Notes: generated from the sequence alone by a model not told the origin. A stretch of DNA of 34,586 nt from Candidatus Fervidifonticultor quintus (GCA_031459535.1 JAVKIJ010000032.1:1-34586), one strand, 5' to 3'. Positions 11,007 through 20,921 are shown, numbered from the stretch's first letter. Made by a program: numbers and translations.

Positions 11007-12365
11007 CTAGCGGCGGCGGACCAGTTCTTCCGCCTGTCCGGCGAGCTGCGCCGCACGGGCGTAGGAGGCCCGGGCGACCTCACCCCACTCTCGTTCCTTG
11101 GCGCTGCGGTACGCGGCATCGCGCTCCATGCCGCCGCTGACCTCGGCCGCCATCTTCTCGCTCACGTGCACGTAACGGGCCGACGCACGGGCCTGCCGCA
11201 GCAACTGCTCGGCTCCGCTCACATCCCGGCCGGCAGCACGCGCGGCGTCCACGGCGCGCTCCGCCCGGTAGATCGTCTCCCACGCCCGCTTCAACTCCGC
11301 ATGTCGGAACGTGATGATCTGGTCGAACATGCGGTTGGTGACGTTGTAGCGGCTGGCCGAGAGGTCGGCGTCGAACTGCACTCCGGCCTTCATCTTGAAG
11401 GGGTTGGGAATGCCCTTCGGCGCTTCGGCGTAGAGCGACGCCCGGACCGGCAGGCGCGCGATCTCCGGCCTAAAGAGCAGGCGCTGGCCCTCGTCGCTGA
11501 GCAGGAAATTGATGAACCGCCGGCCGCCTTCGGGGTTGGGCGCGTTCTTGATCATGGCCACGTTGGCGGGCACCAGCGACGTGATGGATGGGTAGGCAAA
11601 CTCGATCGGTTGACCGGAGGCGATGGCGGACAGGCCGAAGAAGTCGATCACGATGCCGATGCCGTACTGGCCGGCGATAACGGCCTCGGGCACGCCGAAC
11701 GAGCGCTCGGTGATCGCACCCATGTTGCCGCCCATCTGGAGCAGCAGCTCCCATCCCTTCTGCCAGCCGTATCCCTGCAGGATGGTTTCCACGGTCAGGT
11801 GGGTCGTGCCGCTCCGGCTCGGCGCCGAGATCACCAGGTGGCCGAAGTATTCGGGCTTGATGAGGTCTTCCCACTCCCTGGGGGCGGGCAGGCGACTGCG
11901 GGTGAGATAGTTCTTGTTCCACATGATGCCGTAACCGCTCACCGCGAACCCATGGAAGAAGCCGTCGGGGTCGTTGAGGGGAAAGCCCGCAATCTTGTCG
12001 GGGATGCCGCGCCTCAGGTCGGCCGGCGGCAGATACTTCTCGAGGAAGTTGTTGCTCTTCAGGAAGATGAACGCGTCGACGGCGCTGGCCCAGAAGATGT
12101 CCACGTCCGGTCGAGTGGCGCGCTCCCGGACGTGGGTGATGGCGGCGGTGGTGGGCTTGGGCACGACCTCCATCCGCCACCCCGGGTTCGCCTTCTCGAA
12201 CGCCGCCTTGTAGGCGTCAAAGAGTTCCTTGGGGAACGAAGTGATCACCGCTACCTGCTGTGCCTGCGCGGCGGTCGGTGCGGGGAGGGAGATGCCCAAG
12301 AGGCCGCTTGCAAGCAGGAGCACCAGGACCAGGGGCCTTCGGCCGATGTGTCGCACTGGAGTCAC
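11007..12365 (-). CDS. ABC substrate-binding protein, Fe3+/PgtC-like family
   Basis: Signal peptide ending AQA, VITSFPKEL, DIFWASAVDAF, SAPSRSGTTHLTVETILQGYGWQKGW, GIGIVIDFF and a helical C-terminal extension. Confidence 0.85.
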   Translation of the reverse strand: MTPVRHIGRRPLVLVLLLASGLLGISLPAPTAAQAQQVAVITSFPKELFDAYKAAFEKANPGWRMEVVPKPTTAAITHVRERATRPDVDIFWASAVDAFIFLKSNNFLEKYLPPADLRRGIPDKIAGFPLNDPDGFFHGFAVSGYGIMWNKNYLTRSRLPAPREWEDLIKPEYFGHLVISAPSRSGTTHLTVETILQGYGWQKGWELLLQMGGNMGAITERSFGVPEAVIAGQYGIGIVIDFFGLSAIASGQPIEFAYPSITSLVPANVAMIKNAPNPEGGRRFINFLLSDEGQRLLFRPEIARLPVRASLYAEAPKGIPNPFKMKAGVQFDADLSASRYNVTNRMFDQIITFRHAELKRAWETIYRAERAVDAARAAGRDVSGAEQLLRQARASARYVHVSEKMAAEVSGGMERDAAYRSAKEREWGEVARASYARAAQLAGQAEELVRRR

Positions 12366-12484
12366 CTCGCTCGTCTACTGGTTATAGAGAGCGGCAAGTG
12401 GAATCTACTCCACAATTACGCTGCAAGAGCCACGCTGTCCTTGCGGGCACCCGAGAGGGCCCGGGTGGGATCGCTTCGCCCCGG

Positions 12485-13312
12485 CTACGGACCGTGCCCC
12501 TGCGCCGCCAGCTCACGCGCGCGCCGCATCGCCTGCCGCACCGCGTCGGTGATCGCCATCTTGAAACCGCGCGCCTCGAGCACCGTCAGCGCGGCCATGG
12601 TGGTCCCGCCGGGGGAGGTGACGCGCCTGCGGAAGTCCGCCGGGTCGCCCCCGGTATCCTTGACGAGTTTGGCGGCGCCGAACACGGTCTGGATGGCCAG
12701 GCCTCGCGCGACCTGGGCGGGCAGGCCGGCGTGGATGCTGGCCTCGATGAGCGCCTCCATGAACAGATACACGTAGGCGGGGCCGCTGCCGGACACGGCG
12801 GTGACCGCATCCATGGCGTCCTCGCCCACGTCCACGGTGTGCCCCACGCGGTCGAACAGGGATCGGGCCGTGGCGCGGTGAGAGGCCCCGGCGCGCCGGC
12901 CGTAGGCCAGGGCGGTCGTCGAGGCCAGCACGGCGGCCGAGAGGTTGGGCATGGCACGGACCACCGGCGAGGCGCCCACGTAGTGCTCCACCGATGCGCA
13001 CCGCACGCCGGCCAGCAGGGAGATGATCAGGTGCCGATCGGTGATGTGGGGCTGGAGCTCGCGCATGGCTTGATCCAGGTCGGCTGGCTTCATGGCCAGC
13101 ACCAGCGTGGTGGCGGCGGCGCTCACCTCGGCCTTGCTAGGCGTGGTGACGATGCCCCAGACCCGCCTCAGGTGATCGAGCCGCTCACGCCGGCTTCGGT
13201 TGGTGGCCAGGATCTGCGCACCGTCTACCCCCGCGCCGCGGAGCCCGCTGATGAGCGCCTCGGCCATGTTGCCAGCACCGATGAAGCCGATTGCCGCATT
13301 CACAGCCCTCAC
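12485..13312 (-). CDS. proC: Pyrroline-5-carboxylate reductase (alternative start GTG 13303)
   Basis: IGFIGAGNMAEA, VRAMPN, AVTAVSGSGPAY, VTSPGGTT motifs. Confidence 0.97.
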   Translation of the reverse strand: MRAVNAAIGFIGAGNMAEALISGLRGAGVDGAQILATNRSRRERLDHLRRVWGIVTTPSKAEVSAAATTLVLAMKPADLDQAMRELQPHITDRHLIISLLAGVRCASVEHYVGASPVVRAMPNLSAAVLASTTALAYGRRAGASHRATARSLFDRVGHTVDVGEDAMDAVTAVSGSGPAYVYLFMEALIEASIHAGLPAQVARGLAIQTVFGAAKLVKDTGGDPADFRRRVTSPGGTTMAALTVLEARGFKMAITDAVRQAMRRARELAAQGHGP

Positions 13313-13319
13313 CGCCTTT

Positions 13320-13357
13320 CAGAAACACAACGGCCCCCCGCCCCAAGGGCGGAGGGC
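13320..13357 (-). terminator. T-box-controlled intrinsic terminator
   Basis: GCCCTCCGCCC-TTG-GGGCGGGGGGC followed by CGTTGTGTTTCT. Confidence 0.75.
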
Positions 13358-13585
13358 ATCCGCGGTACCACCTCAGTTCGCATCCAGCGGCATGGCGCCC
13401 CTGGGTGCGCGCTCACCGTGCGATCTCGGGCACGATCCGGTGGTCTTCGTCGCGACGCCCCCCGGCGCCGCGCCTCGGCCACTGCTCAGGAGATGGGTTC
13501 GCGGAACTTCTGACCGCCGACTCTCACCCAGATGTCGGCTCGCTTGGGCCGTCGTCTCCGCTACTGGTCCCCGTCAATGCGTTCT
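13320..13585 (-). ncRNA. T-box riboswitch with proline specifier upstream of proC
   Basis: Minus strand: Stem I with AGTA, AGCGAG, GGTGAGAG elements; GAA-CCC-A specifier loop (CCC = 13495-13497); T-box AACTGAGGTGGTACCGCG (13361-13378); antiterminator GAGG/CCTT and GCGGA/TCCGC; overlapping terminator. Confidence 0.92.
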
Positions 13586-13791
13586 GCCTGTGCTCAAGTA
13601 GATAGCATGGGCGCGGCACGCCGTCAAGCCTTTCAAGGCAGCGTGTAACAGGTCAATGATCTTGTCACCCCCTAACGGGTCAGGCCTCCCACGAGGCCAC
13701 ACGACAGGTGAGCGCCACCCGCTGGAGAATTCGACCGGCGCCAGGTTCGGCGCGTGTGCGGACGTACCTCCTATTGGTCTGAAGGTGCCAC

Positions 13792-14967
13792 ATGACGGTC
13801 TTCGAGCAGAGCGAGTACCTCGCCAGGTTGGAGAGAACAAAGGACCGCATGGAGAAGGCAGGCCTCGAGGTCCTGATCGTGGTTGATCCCGCCAACATGA
13901 ACTACCTGACGGGATACGACGCCCACTCATACTACGTGGAGCAGGCCGCCGTCCTGGTCCTGGATGCCCCCGAGCCGCTCTTGGTGGTCCGCAAGATGGA
14001 TGTGGCCTGCGCCCGCTTCACCACCTGGCTCTCGCCCGAGAACCTGCTGGGCTGGCCCGAAGAACTGGTGCAGTCCCGCACGAAGCACCCCTTCCAATTT
14101 CTGACCGCCGCCCTGCGGGAACGTGGGTGGGGGAACAAGACCATCGGCCTCGAGATGGACGCGCCGTACTTCACGCCGCGCTCGTATGAGGTGATCAGGG
14201 CCGGCCTGCCCCACGCCAGATTCGACGATGCCCGCCTGCTGGTTTCCTGGGTGCGCTGTGTCAAGTCGCCGGCTGAGATCGCCATGATGAAGAAGGCCGG
14301 CGTCATCACGCAACAGGTCGTGCAGACCGCGGTGGACGCCATCCAGGTCGGCGTGCGCGAGTGTGATGCCGCCGCCGCCGTCCTGCATGCCCAGGCCAGC
14401 GGTACCGACGAATACGGTGGTGACCTGCCCGCGTTTCCGCCGCTGTTCTGCGCTGGAGAGAAGGCCTCCGCTCCGCATCTGACCTGGACGGCGGATCGCT
14501 TCCAGGACGAGACTGCCATCAATATGGAACTGGCCGCGGCCTTCAAACGGTATCACTGCCCGCTTGCGCGCACGCTCTACCTGGGCAGGAGGCCGCCCCA
14601 GAAGCTGACCGACATGGCCAAGTGGACCATTGACGGCCTCAACGCCGAACTGGCCGCCATCGGGCCCGGGGTTACCTGCGAGGAAGTCGATCAGGCCTTT
14701 CGCAAAGCCGTCGCTCCCGCCGGGATCACCAAGGAGTCCCGAACCGGCTACTCGGTGGGTCTGGGCTACCCGCCCGACTGGGGCGAACACACGTGCTCGA
14801 TGCGCGCCGGTGACCGCACCGTGCTGGAGCCCAACATGACCTTTCACATCATTGCCGGTATGTGGATGGACACCTGGGGCTTCGAGATCAGCGAGAGCGT
14901 CGTTGTCACCCGGACCGGCTACGAATTGCTCACCCACTACCCGCGTGAACTGCTCATCAAAGGGTGA
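13792..14967 (+). CDS. doeA: M24-family hydrolase, ectoine hydrolase DoeA/EutD-like
   Basis: DPANMNYLTGYD, SAPHLTW, RYHCPLARTLYLG, KESRTGYSVGLGYPPDWGEHT, NMTFH..GMW, EISES motifs typical of DoeA/EutD. Confidence 0.8.
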   Translation: MTVFEQSEYLARLERTKDRMEKAGLEVLIVVDPANMNYLTGYDAHSYYVEQAAVLVLDAPEPLLVVRKMDVACARFTTWLSPENLLGWPEELVQSRTKHPFQFLTAALRERGWGNKTIGLEMDAPYFTPRSYEVIRAGLPHARFDDARLLVSWVRCVKSPAEIAMMKKAGVITQQVVQTAVDAIQVGVRECDAAAAVLHAQASGTDEYGGDLPAFPPLFCAGEKASAPHLTWTADRFQDETAINMELAAAFKRYHCPLARTLYLGRRPPQKLTDMAKWTIDGLNAELAAIGPGVTCEEVDQAFRKAVAPAGITKESRTGYSVGLGYPPDWGEHTCSMRAGDRTVLEPNMTFHIIAGMWMDTWGFEISESVVVTRTGYELLTHYPRELLIKG

Positions 14968-15042
14968 AGAAAAGGGTGAAGCACCCTCCGCGTCCGCGGC
15001 TTGGGGCGCCGGGGTCAGCCTCATAGGCCCGCCCCCGTCGTC

Positions 15043-16980
15043 CTATTCCTCCGCTCCGACGTTGAGCCGTCGGAAGCGCTCGATCTGCGCCGGCAACCCT
15101 ACCACGGTCACGCGGTCGCCGGGGATCAGGACGGCGTCGGGGGCCGGATTCCAGTGGGGTGCCTCGCCAGCGCGTTCGACCCCGACCACATTGACGCCGG
15201 TGCGCTCTCGAATGCGCGTGCGCCGCAGCGAGTGGTGGGCGAGCGGGCCGTCGGCGATCTCTACGACCGCTATCTGCAGCGGCGTGGCAGCCCCTTCGGT
15301 GGGGGTGGGGCGGAGATCCGGTCGGTCGAGCGCACGCATCTGCCGCAGGTAGGCGCGTACGTCGGCCGCCGGCAGCGCCAGCCGGTGCAGGGCGTGATCC
15401 ACCAGCGTCATGCCGGCTTCCACCTCCGGGAGGATAACCTCGTCCGCGCCCGCGGCCCGCAGACGCTCGCGATCCTCCGGGGCGTGCGCCCGAGCGATCA
15501 CGACGATGTCCGGCCGCAGAGCGCGCAGCCTGGCCAGGGCCAGGGCGGCCTTGACGCTGTCGGGGATGGCCAGCACCGCGAGGCGGGCGTCTGCCCCACC
15601 GGCTTCGCGCAGCGCCATCTCGTTGGCGGCGTCGCCGAGCACGGCGCGGATGCCACGATGTCTCAGCCCGCGCACCGTGGTCGGATTGAAGTCCACCACG
15701 GCAAACGGCACCTGGAAGCTCTCCAGGGCTTCGCCGATGGCCCCGCCCACGCGGCCGAAGCCTAGGATCACCACGGCTGGCGGGGCCCCCACCGGCGGTC
15801 CGTCCGAGACGTGCCTCCAGCGATCGGTCCAACGCTCCAGCGGCCGGCTGCGCCGGAAGACCAGCGCGTTCACGAGCAGGGAGATCAGGGACGTAGCCAG
15901 GATGGCGCTGTAGAGCTCGGCGGACAGCAGGCCGACCGTGCGGCCCAGTTGTGCAATCACAAAGGAGAATTCACCGATCTGGGTCTGCCCCAGCCCCACC
16001 GCCAGGGCCACCGGCAGCGGGTTGCCAAAGACCAGGGCCGTCCCGGTCCAGATCAGCCCCTTGGCCAGCAGGACTACCGCCAGCATGGTGGCCAGCAGGT
16101 CCGGCCGGCTGCTCAACGAACGCACGTCAATCAGCATGCCAATCGAGACGAAGAAGACGGCGACGAAGAGATCGCGCAGCGGGAGCAGACGAGCCAGGGT
16201 CTCCACGGCATAGTCTGACTCGCTGATGACGAGCCCGGCCAGGAACGCGCCGAGCGCCAGCGTGAGGCCCAACCCCGAGGACAGCGCTGCGGTTCCCACG
16301 CCGATGGCTACCGCCACCAGCACGAAGAGTTCCGTGTTCTGAGCGTGGGCGATTCTGCCGAGCAGCGCTGGCACCACGCGGTCGGCCAGCAGGAAGAACG
16401 GCACGAGCACCAGCGCGCCGCGGCCCAGGTCCCACCAGAGGGCCCGCAACGACGCCCCGCCCGCCACGGCCAGGGTGGGAATGAAGAAGATCGCCGCCAC
16501 CACCATCAGGTCCTGCGCCAGGGAGACACCGATGGAGGCGCGACCGACGGGTCCGTGGAGATCACCTCGATCGTCCAGGAGCCTGGCGAGCGCCATGGTG
16601 CTGGATACCCCCAGCGCGAGCCCTGCCACCGCAGCAGCCGATGAGGGGACTCCGAGGCCGGCCAGCCCCACGGCAGCGGCCCCCGCGGTCGCCGCCGTGC
16701 CCAGCGGCGCGCCCAACAGCGCCATGAGGCGAACCCGCCACAACTCCCGCAGCGAGAACTCGATGCCCAGCGAGAACATCAACAGGACGACGCCGAGCCC
16801 GGCAAAGCGCTCGAAAGTGCCCGCGGCCGCCACCTGGGGCCCCGCCACGGCGGTGATCAGCAGCCCGCCGATGATGTACCCCACAAAGGCCGGCTGCCGG
16901 AGCGTCTGGGCCAGTCCGCCACCGATGACCGCTGCGAGGAGCAGCAGCGCCAGGTCCCGGAAGAACGCGCCCTCAGCCAC
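15043..16980 (-). CDS. CPA2-family cation:proton antiporter with TrkA-N and TrkA-C domains (YbaL/KefC-like)
   Basis: GVVLLMFSLGIEFS, LGAFLAGLVISES, QIGEFSFVI, ILGFGRVG, AGADEVILPEVEAG and C-terminal RCK-C (IRERTGVNVVG...PGD). Confidence 0.93.
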   Translation of the reverse strand: MAEGAFFRDLALLLLAAVIGGGLAQTLRQPAFVGYIIGGLLITAVAGPQVAAAGTFERFAGLGVVLLMFSLGIEFSLRELWRVRLMALLGAPLGTAATAGAAAVGLAGLGVPSSAAAVAGLALGVSSTMALARLLDDRGDLHGPVGRASIGVSLAQDLMVVAAIFFIPTLAVAGGASLRALWWDLGRGALVLVPFFLLADRVVPALLGRIAHAQNTELFVLVAVAIGVGTAALSSGLGLTLALGAFLAGLVISESDYAVETLARLLPLRDLFVAVFFVSIGMLIDVRSLSSRPDLLATMLAVVLLAKGLIWTGTALVFGNPLPVALAVGLGQTQIGEFSFVIAQLGRTVGLLSAELYSAILATSLISLLVNALVFRRSRPLERWTDRWRHVSDGPPVGAPPAVVILGFGRVGGAIGEALESFQVPFAVVDFNPTTVRGLRHRGIRAVLGDAANEMALREAGGADARLAVLAIPDSVKAALALARLRALRPDIVVIARAHAPEDRERLRAAGADEVILPEVEAGMTLVDHALHRLALPAADVRAYLRQMRALDRPDLRPTPTEGAATPLQIAVVEIADGPLAHHSLRRTRIRERTGVNVVGVERAGEAPHWNPAPDAVLIPGDRVTVVGLPAQIERFRRLNVGAEE

Positions 16981-17221
16981 CGCGCTCCCCGTCGTCGTCT
17001 CCTTCGATCCCCCGGCTGCCGGCCGCCGGCCGGATCAAGTCGTAGACCAGCCCGTTCCGTCGCACGGTGGCGGGGCGTCCTTCATCGGCAAGCAGGTCCA
17101 GGTGCCCTATGGGGGTCTTGGGGCCGCCGTCGAGGAGCGTCAGCGGCGGTCCGGGCAACATGTACACATTGACCGGAGCCACCGGATACGGGGTAGGAAG
17201 CCGAATTGGCACGATGCGCAC
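16973..17221 (-). pseudogene. Internally deleted MBL-fold metallo-hydrolase remnant (82 aa, in frame)
   Basis: N-terminal IRLPTPYPVAPVNVYMLPGPPLTLLDGGPKT is joined directly to C-terminal-type IGHLDLLADEGR. No HxHxDH motif. Confidence 0.65.
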
Positions 17222-17266
17222 GATGATACATAAGGAGGATTCGGGTGCCCGGTCCCGAGAACCTCG

Positions 17267-17295
17267 TTGCGCCCCGCGGCGGCAGTCCGTATACT
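17267..17295 (+). promoter_or_regulatory. Sigma70-type promoter for the sugar ABC operon
   Basis: TTGCGC(17267-17272)-N17-TATACT(17290-17295). Confidence 0.55.
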
Positions 17296-17396
17296 CACTC
17301 CACAACCGCCCCGGTATCCTGCAGGGGGTCGGTTGGGAGTTCCGAATAGAGCGCTATCGCTTCGCGGTGGCACAACACCAAGGGGGTGGGTGGAGC

Positions 17397-18860
17397 GTGA
17401 GTGACGATCACACGGCGAGGTGGGTGCGCATTGCAGACAACCGTCTGCGGAGAGTGACCCGGCGTGACCTCCTGAAGACCGCCGCCGCCGGCGCAGTCGG
17501 GGTCGGGCTTGCCGGGGTTGGGCGGCTGACCGGTCCACACATCGTGCATGCCCAGCCCCGGGAACTGCGCATCATGACGTGGAGCCATTTCGTGCCGGCA
17601 TTCGACGCATGGTTCGATCCGTTCGCGCGGACCTGGGGCCAGACCAAGAACGTGCGGGTTACGGTGGACCATGTGAGCTTTGCCGACATCGTACCCCGCG
17701 CGACTGCCGAGGTCGCTGCCCAGCAGGGGCACGACTGCTACTTCTTCATTGCGCCGCCGTCCCAGTTCGAACCCCAGGTCCTCGACCTGGCTGACATCAA
17801 TCAGGAAGCCGAACGACGCTACGGCCCGCTGGTGCCCTTTGTCAAGAACAGCGTGTACAATCCCCACACGCGCAAGTACTTCGGCTTCTCCGACAACTGG
17901 GTACCCGATCCGGGCGACTATCTGAAGAGTGCGTGGGCCGGCGTGGGGTACGTGACAGGGCCCAAGACCTGGGACGACCTGCTGCGGGCCGGGGCAGAGA
18001 TCAAGAAGAAGTTTCCCGAGATCCAGATTCCCATCGGGATCGGCTTCTCGCAGGACATCGACTCCAACATGGCCACCCGGGCGATCCTGTGGTCGTTTGG
18101 CGGGGCCATTCAGGACAAGGACTCCAACATCGTGCTCAACTCGGAGGAGACGGTCAAGGCGGTCGAGTACGGCGTTCGCCTGTTCCGAGAGGTCATGAGT
18201 CCGGCGGTGCTGAGCTGGAACGCGGCGTCCAACAACCTGGCGCTCAACGCCCGACAAACGTCGTACATCCTCAACTCGATCTCCGCGTACCGGTCGGCCC
18301 AGGACCAGCGGTTGCCGGTGGCCAGCGACATCTTCTTCACGCCGGCGCTGCGCGGGCCAGCCCGGGCCCAGGTGGCGACCCACGTGATGGGTGTGTGGGT
18401 CATCTGGCGGTTCTCGCGGGCTCCTGATCTGGCCAAGGAGTTCTTGCTGCACCTGCTGGACAACTACCGCGACGCGGTCATGGCCAGCAAGCTGTACAAC
18501 TTCCCGTCGTACTGGGGCTCCGTGGCCGAGAAGAGCACGCCGGTGGCCCAGAAGGCCGAGGAAGGACGGCGCTGGATCCGCTCGCGGGTGAACCAGGACC
18601 CGTTTGCCTCGCTGCCGCCGGACAAGCTCAAGATCCTGGCCGAAGCGGAGAAGTGGTCGACCAACGTCGGTTTCCCCGGCACGGCCAACCCGGCGGAGGG
18701 TGAGGTGTTCGACACCTACGTGCTGACCGACATGTTCGCCAAAGCGGCGACCGGGCAGCTGGCGCCGAAGCAGGCCGTGGAAGAAGCCGACCGTCGCGTG
18801 AAGGAGATCTTCCGCAAGTGGCGGCAGGCCGGACTGGTCGGCGGCGGCCGCGACAGGTAG
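17397..18860 (+). CDS. Carbohydrate ABC transporter substrate-binding protein with Tat signal
   Basis: Probable GTG start 17397. VTRRDLLK twin-arginine motif, VHA-Q cleavage, WSHFVPAFD, PKTWDDLL, AKEFLLHL. Confidence 0.88.
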   Translation: MSDDHTARWVRIADNRLRRVTRRDLLKTAAAGAVGVGLAGVGRLTGPHIVHAQPRELRIMTWSHFVPAFDAWFDPFARTWGQTKNVRVTVDHVSFADIVPRATAEVAAQQGHDCYFFIAPPSQFEPQVLDLADINQEAERRYGPLVPFVKNSVYNPHTRKYFGFSDNWVPDPGDYLKSAWAGVGYVTGPKTWDDLLRAGAEIKKKFPEIQIPIGIGFSQDIDSNMATRAILWSFGGAIQDKDSNIVLNSEETVKAVEYGVRLFREVMSPAVLSWNAASNNLALNARQTSYILNSISAYRSAQDQRLPVASDIFFTPALRGPARAQVATHVMGVWVIWRFSRAPDLAKEFLLHLLDNYRDAVMASKLYNFPSYWGSVAEKSTPVAQKAEEGRRWIRSRVNQDPFASLPPDKLKILAEAEKWSTNVGFPGTANPAEGEVFDTYVLTDMFAKAATGQLAPKQAVEEADRRVKEIFRKWRQAGLVGGGRDR

Positions 18861-18875
18861 GCCAAGACCCGGGCA

Positions 18876-18914
18876 CGTCGGGGTGTGCCTCGTCGGGCGA
18901 GGCGCACCCCGACG
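18876..18914 (+). other. Long intercistronic hairpin after the sugar SBP gene
   Basis: CGTCGGGGTGTGCCTCG pairs with CGAGGCGCACCCCGACG (one G-U). Confidence 0.65.
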
Positions 18915-18943
18915 CATGCCTTGGTGCCGGGCAGGGACCTGCT

Positions 18944-19976
<1,033 letters not shown>

Positions 19977-19990
<14 letters not shown>

Positions 19991-20921
19991 CCAGGCCACA
20001 CGGCAGCCGGCGGCGGTTCCCGCGCTCTTCCGCCGCAAGACGCTCGCGGACCGGGACGACTGGCTGGGGCGCCTGATGCTGGCTCCGGCTATGGTCTACG
20101 TGGGGGCGCTGGTGGGCATTCCGTTCATCCTGGCCCTGGCCCTGGCGTTCAGTTCGGCGCGCTCGGGCAGCCTGGACTTCACGTGGGTCGGGCTGCGGCA
20201 CTTCGCTGAGATCATCCCTGACCCGCAGTTCCAGCGGGCATTGTGGAACACCCTGCGGTTCACGGTGGTCTCGCAGTGCCTGGTCATGGTGCTGGCGGTG
20301 ACCGCGGCGCATGTCTTGTCCGCGGCGTTTGCCGGCCGGCGTGCGGTGCGGTTCCTGCTGCTGCTGCCCTGGGCGGCACCGGTGGCCCTGGCGGCCATGG
20401 CCTGGACCTGGATCTTCGACTCGACCTTCAGCGTGGTCAACTGGACGTTCCTCGCCTTGGGCCTGACCAACAGATGGTTCTACTGGTTCGGTGAGCCCGC
20501 CCTGGCCACCATGGCCATCATCACGGTTCACGTCTGGCGCATGTTCCCCTTCGCCACGGTCATCACCCTGGCCGGCATGACCGCGATCCCGCAGGAGATC
20601 AACGAAGCGGCGGTCGTGGACGGGGCCGGGTTCTCGCGCCGGTTCCTCCACGTCAACCTGCCGCTGCTGTTGCCCATCATCACGGTGGCCGTGCTGTTCG
20701 GCGTGGTGTTCACCTCCACGGACCTCAGCGTGGTGTACCTGCTCACCCGGGGCGGTCCGTACAACAGCACCCATGTCCTGGCCAGCCTGGCCTTCCAGCG
20801 CGGGATCTTCGGCGGCGACCTGGGCCAGGGCGCGGCGGTGGCGCTGTTCCTGTTGCCGGTGCTGGTGGTGGTGGCGGTGCTGATGCTGCGCACCGCGCGA
20901 CGTGCGGAGGTTGGAGCATGA
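19977..20921 (+). CDS. Carbohydrate ABC transporter permease (MalF/UgpA family)
   Basis: TM helices, EAAVVDGA loop, LTRGGP. Confidence 0.93.

Noticed and set aside
12396-12415. Possible Rex or DnaA box (TTGTG.../TCCACAA)
   Set aside because: Spacing does not fit TTGTGAA-N4-TTCACAA and there is no TTATCCACA cluster. Kept only as an unassigned palindrome.
13599-13627. Candidate proC promoter TTGACG-N17-TATCTA on the minus strand
   Set aside because: The position upstream of the T-box is right, but the -10 lacks the conserved final T, so it was not listed as a feature.
14965-14979. Sec readthrough at the TGA stop of doeA (and of other TGA-ending genes)
   Set aside because: The proteins are complete at these stops, with no Cys-equivalent position or continuing homology.
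17067-17396. N-terminal extension of the sugar SBP ORF (also extensions at 18818, 23119, 24939, 27665, 30848, 11119)
   Set aside because: They overlap promoters or neighbouring genes. Signal peptides, RBS sites and stop/start overlaps indicate downstream starts.
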